64,000 nucleotides of DNA, taken from positions 22,816,001-22,880,000 of the forward strand of contig OX597836.1 of NCBI GenBank assembly GCA_951406725.2, given 5' to 3'. Shown here one piece after another: positions 63,819 to 64,000 of the stretch; the first letter of the stretch is position 1, and each line of letters begins with the position of its first letter. Position numbers and translations under genes: made by a program. Below the pieces are notes generated by a model. It was not told where the DNA came from, did no database searches, and was given only the letters and a program-made list of their open reading frames with translations. The stretch comes from Octopus vulgaris. Lineage: Eukaryota.

Positions 63819-64000
63819 TTTTGTTTTGTATAACAGTGTAAAAATTAACATTATTCATAGAATTTTCTTGTTGTTGTTGATTTGACTGTTTTTATTGAAA
63901 TAATAGGCTGATGGGTGGAGTTGTCACTTTAAATGCTTTATGGGAGAACTTCTTCCACCCTAACACCCCCAACGTACAAACAAAATACATTAACATTCTC

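Overview
AT-rich, repeat-dense eukaryotic genomic DNA. The SINE/LINE content and microsatellite density suggest a coleoid cephalopod such as Octopus (inference). The only host gene I can support is a minus-strand Patched-domain/sterol-sensing-domain (PTCHD3/Ptr/NPC1-like) membrane protein. Nine coding exons (26590 to 499) have canonical GT-AG junctions and continuous phase, giving 427 aa, and the gene continues off the left edge. The rest is mostly transposon debris: tRNA-derived SINEs, RTE, CR1-type and R4/Dong-type LINEs, Penelope-like remnants, a Gypsy pol fragment, a solo LTR, Tc1/mariner and hAT-like elements, foldback MITEs, and mini/microsatellites. Most interesting observations: (i) several minimal hammerhead-ribozyme motifs, three in the gene's introns in sense orientation, one with an intact core and a very long stem II; (ii) two cases where a repeat copy carries a perfect inverted copy of the unique flank of another local copy 9-27 kb away (templated insertion or assembly chimera); (iii) a non-coding element found twice in (TAA)n tracts, alongside Dong-like endonuclease remnants; (iv) GGATC-ended foldback elements with 8-bp TSDs and telomere-like repeats; (v) loss of the conserved sterol-sensing-domain proline. 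TE boundaries are approximate; exon boundaries were read to the base.
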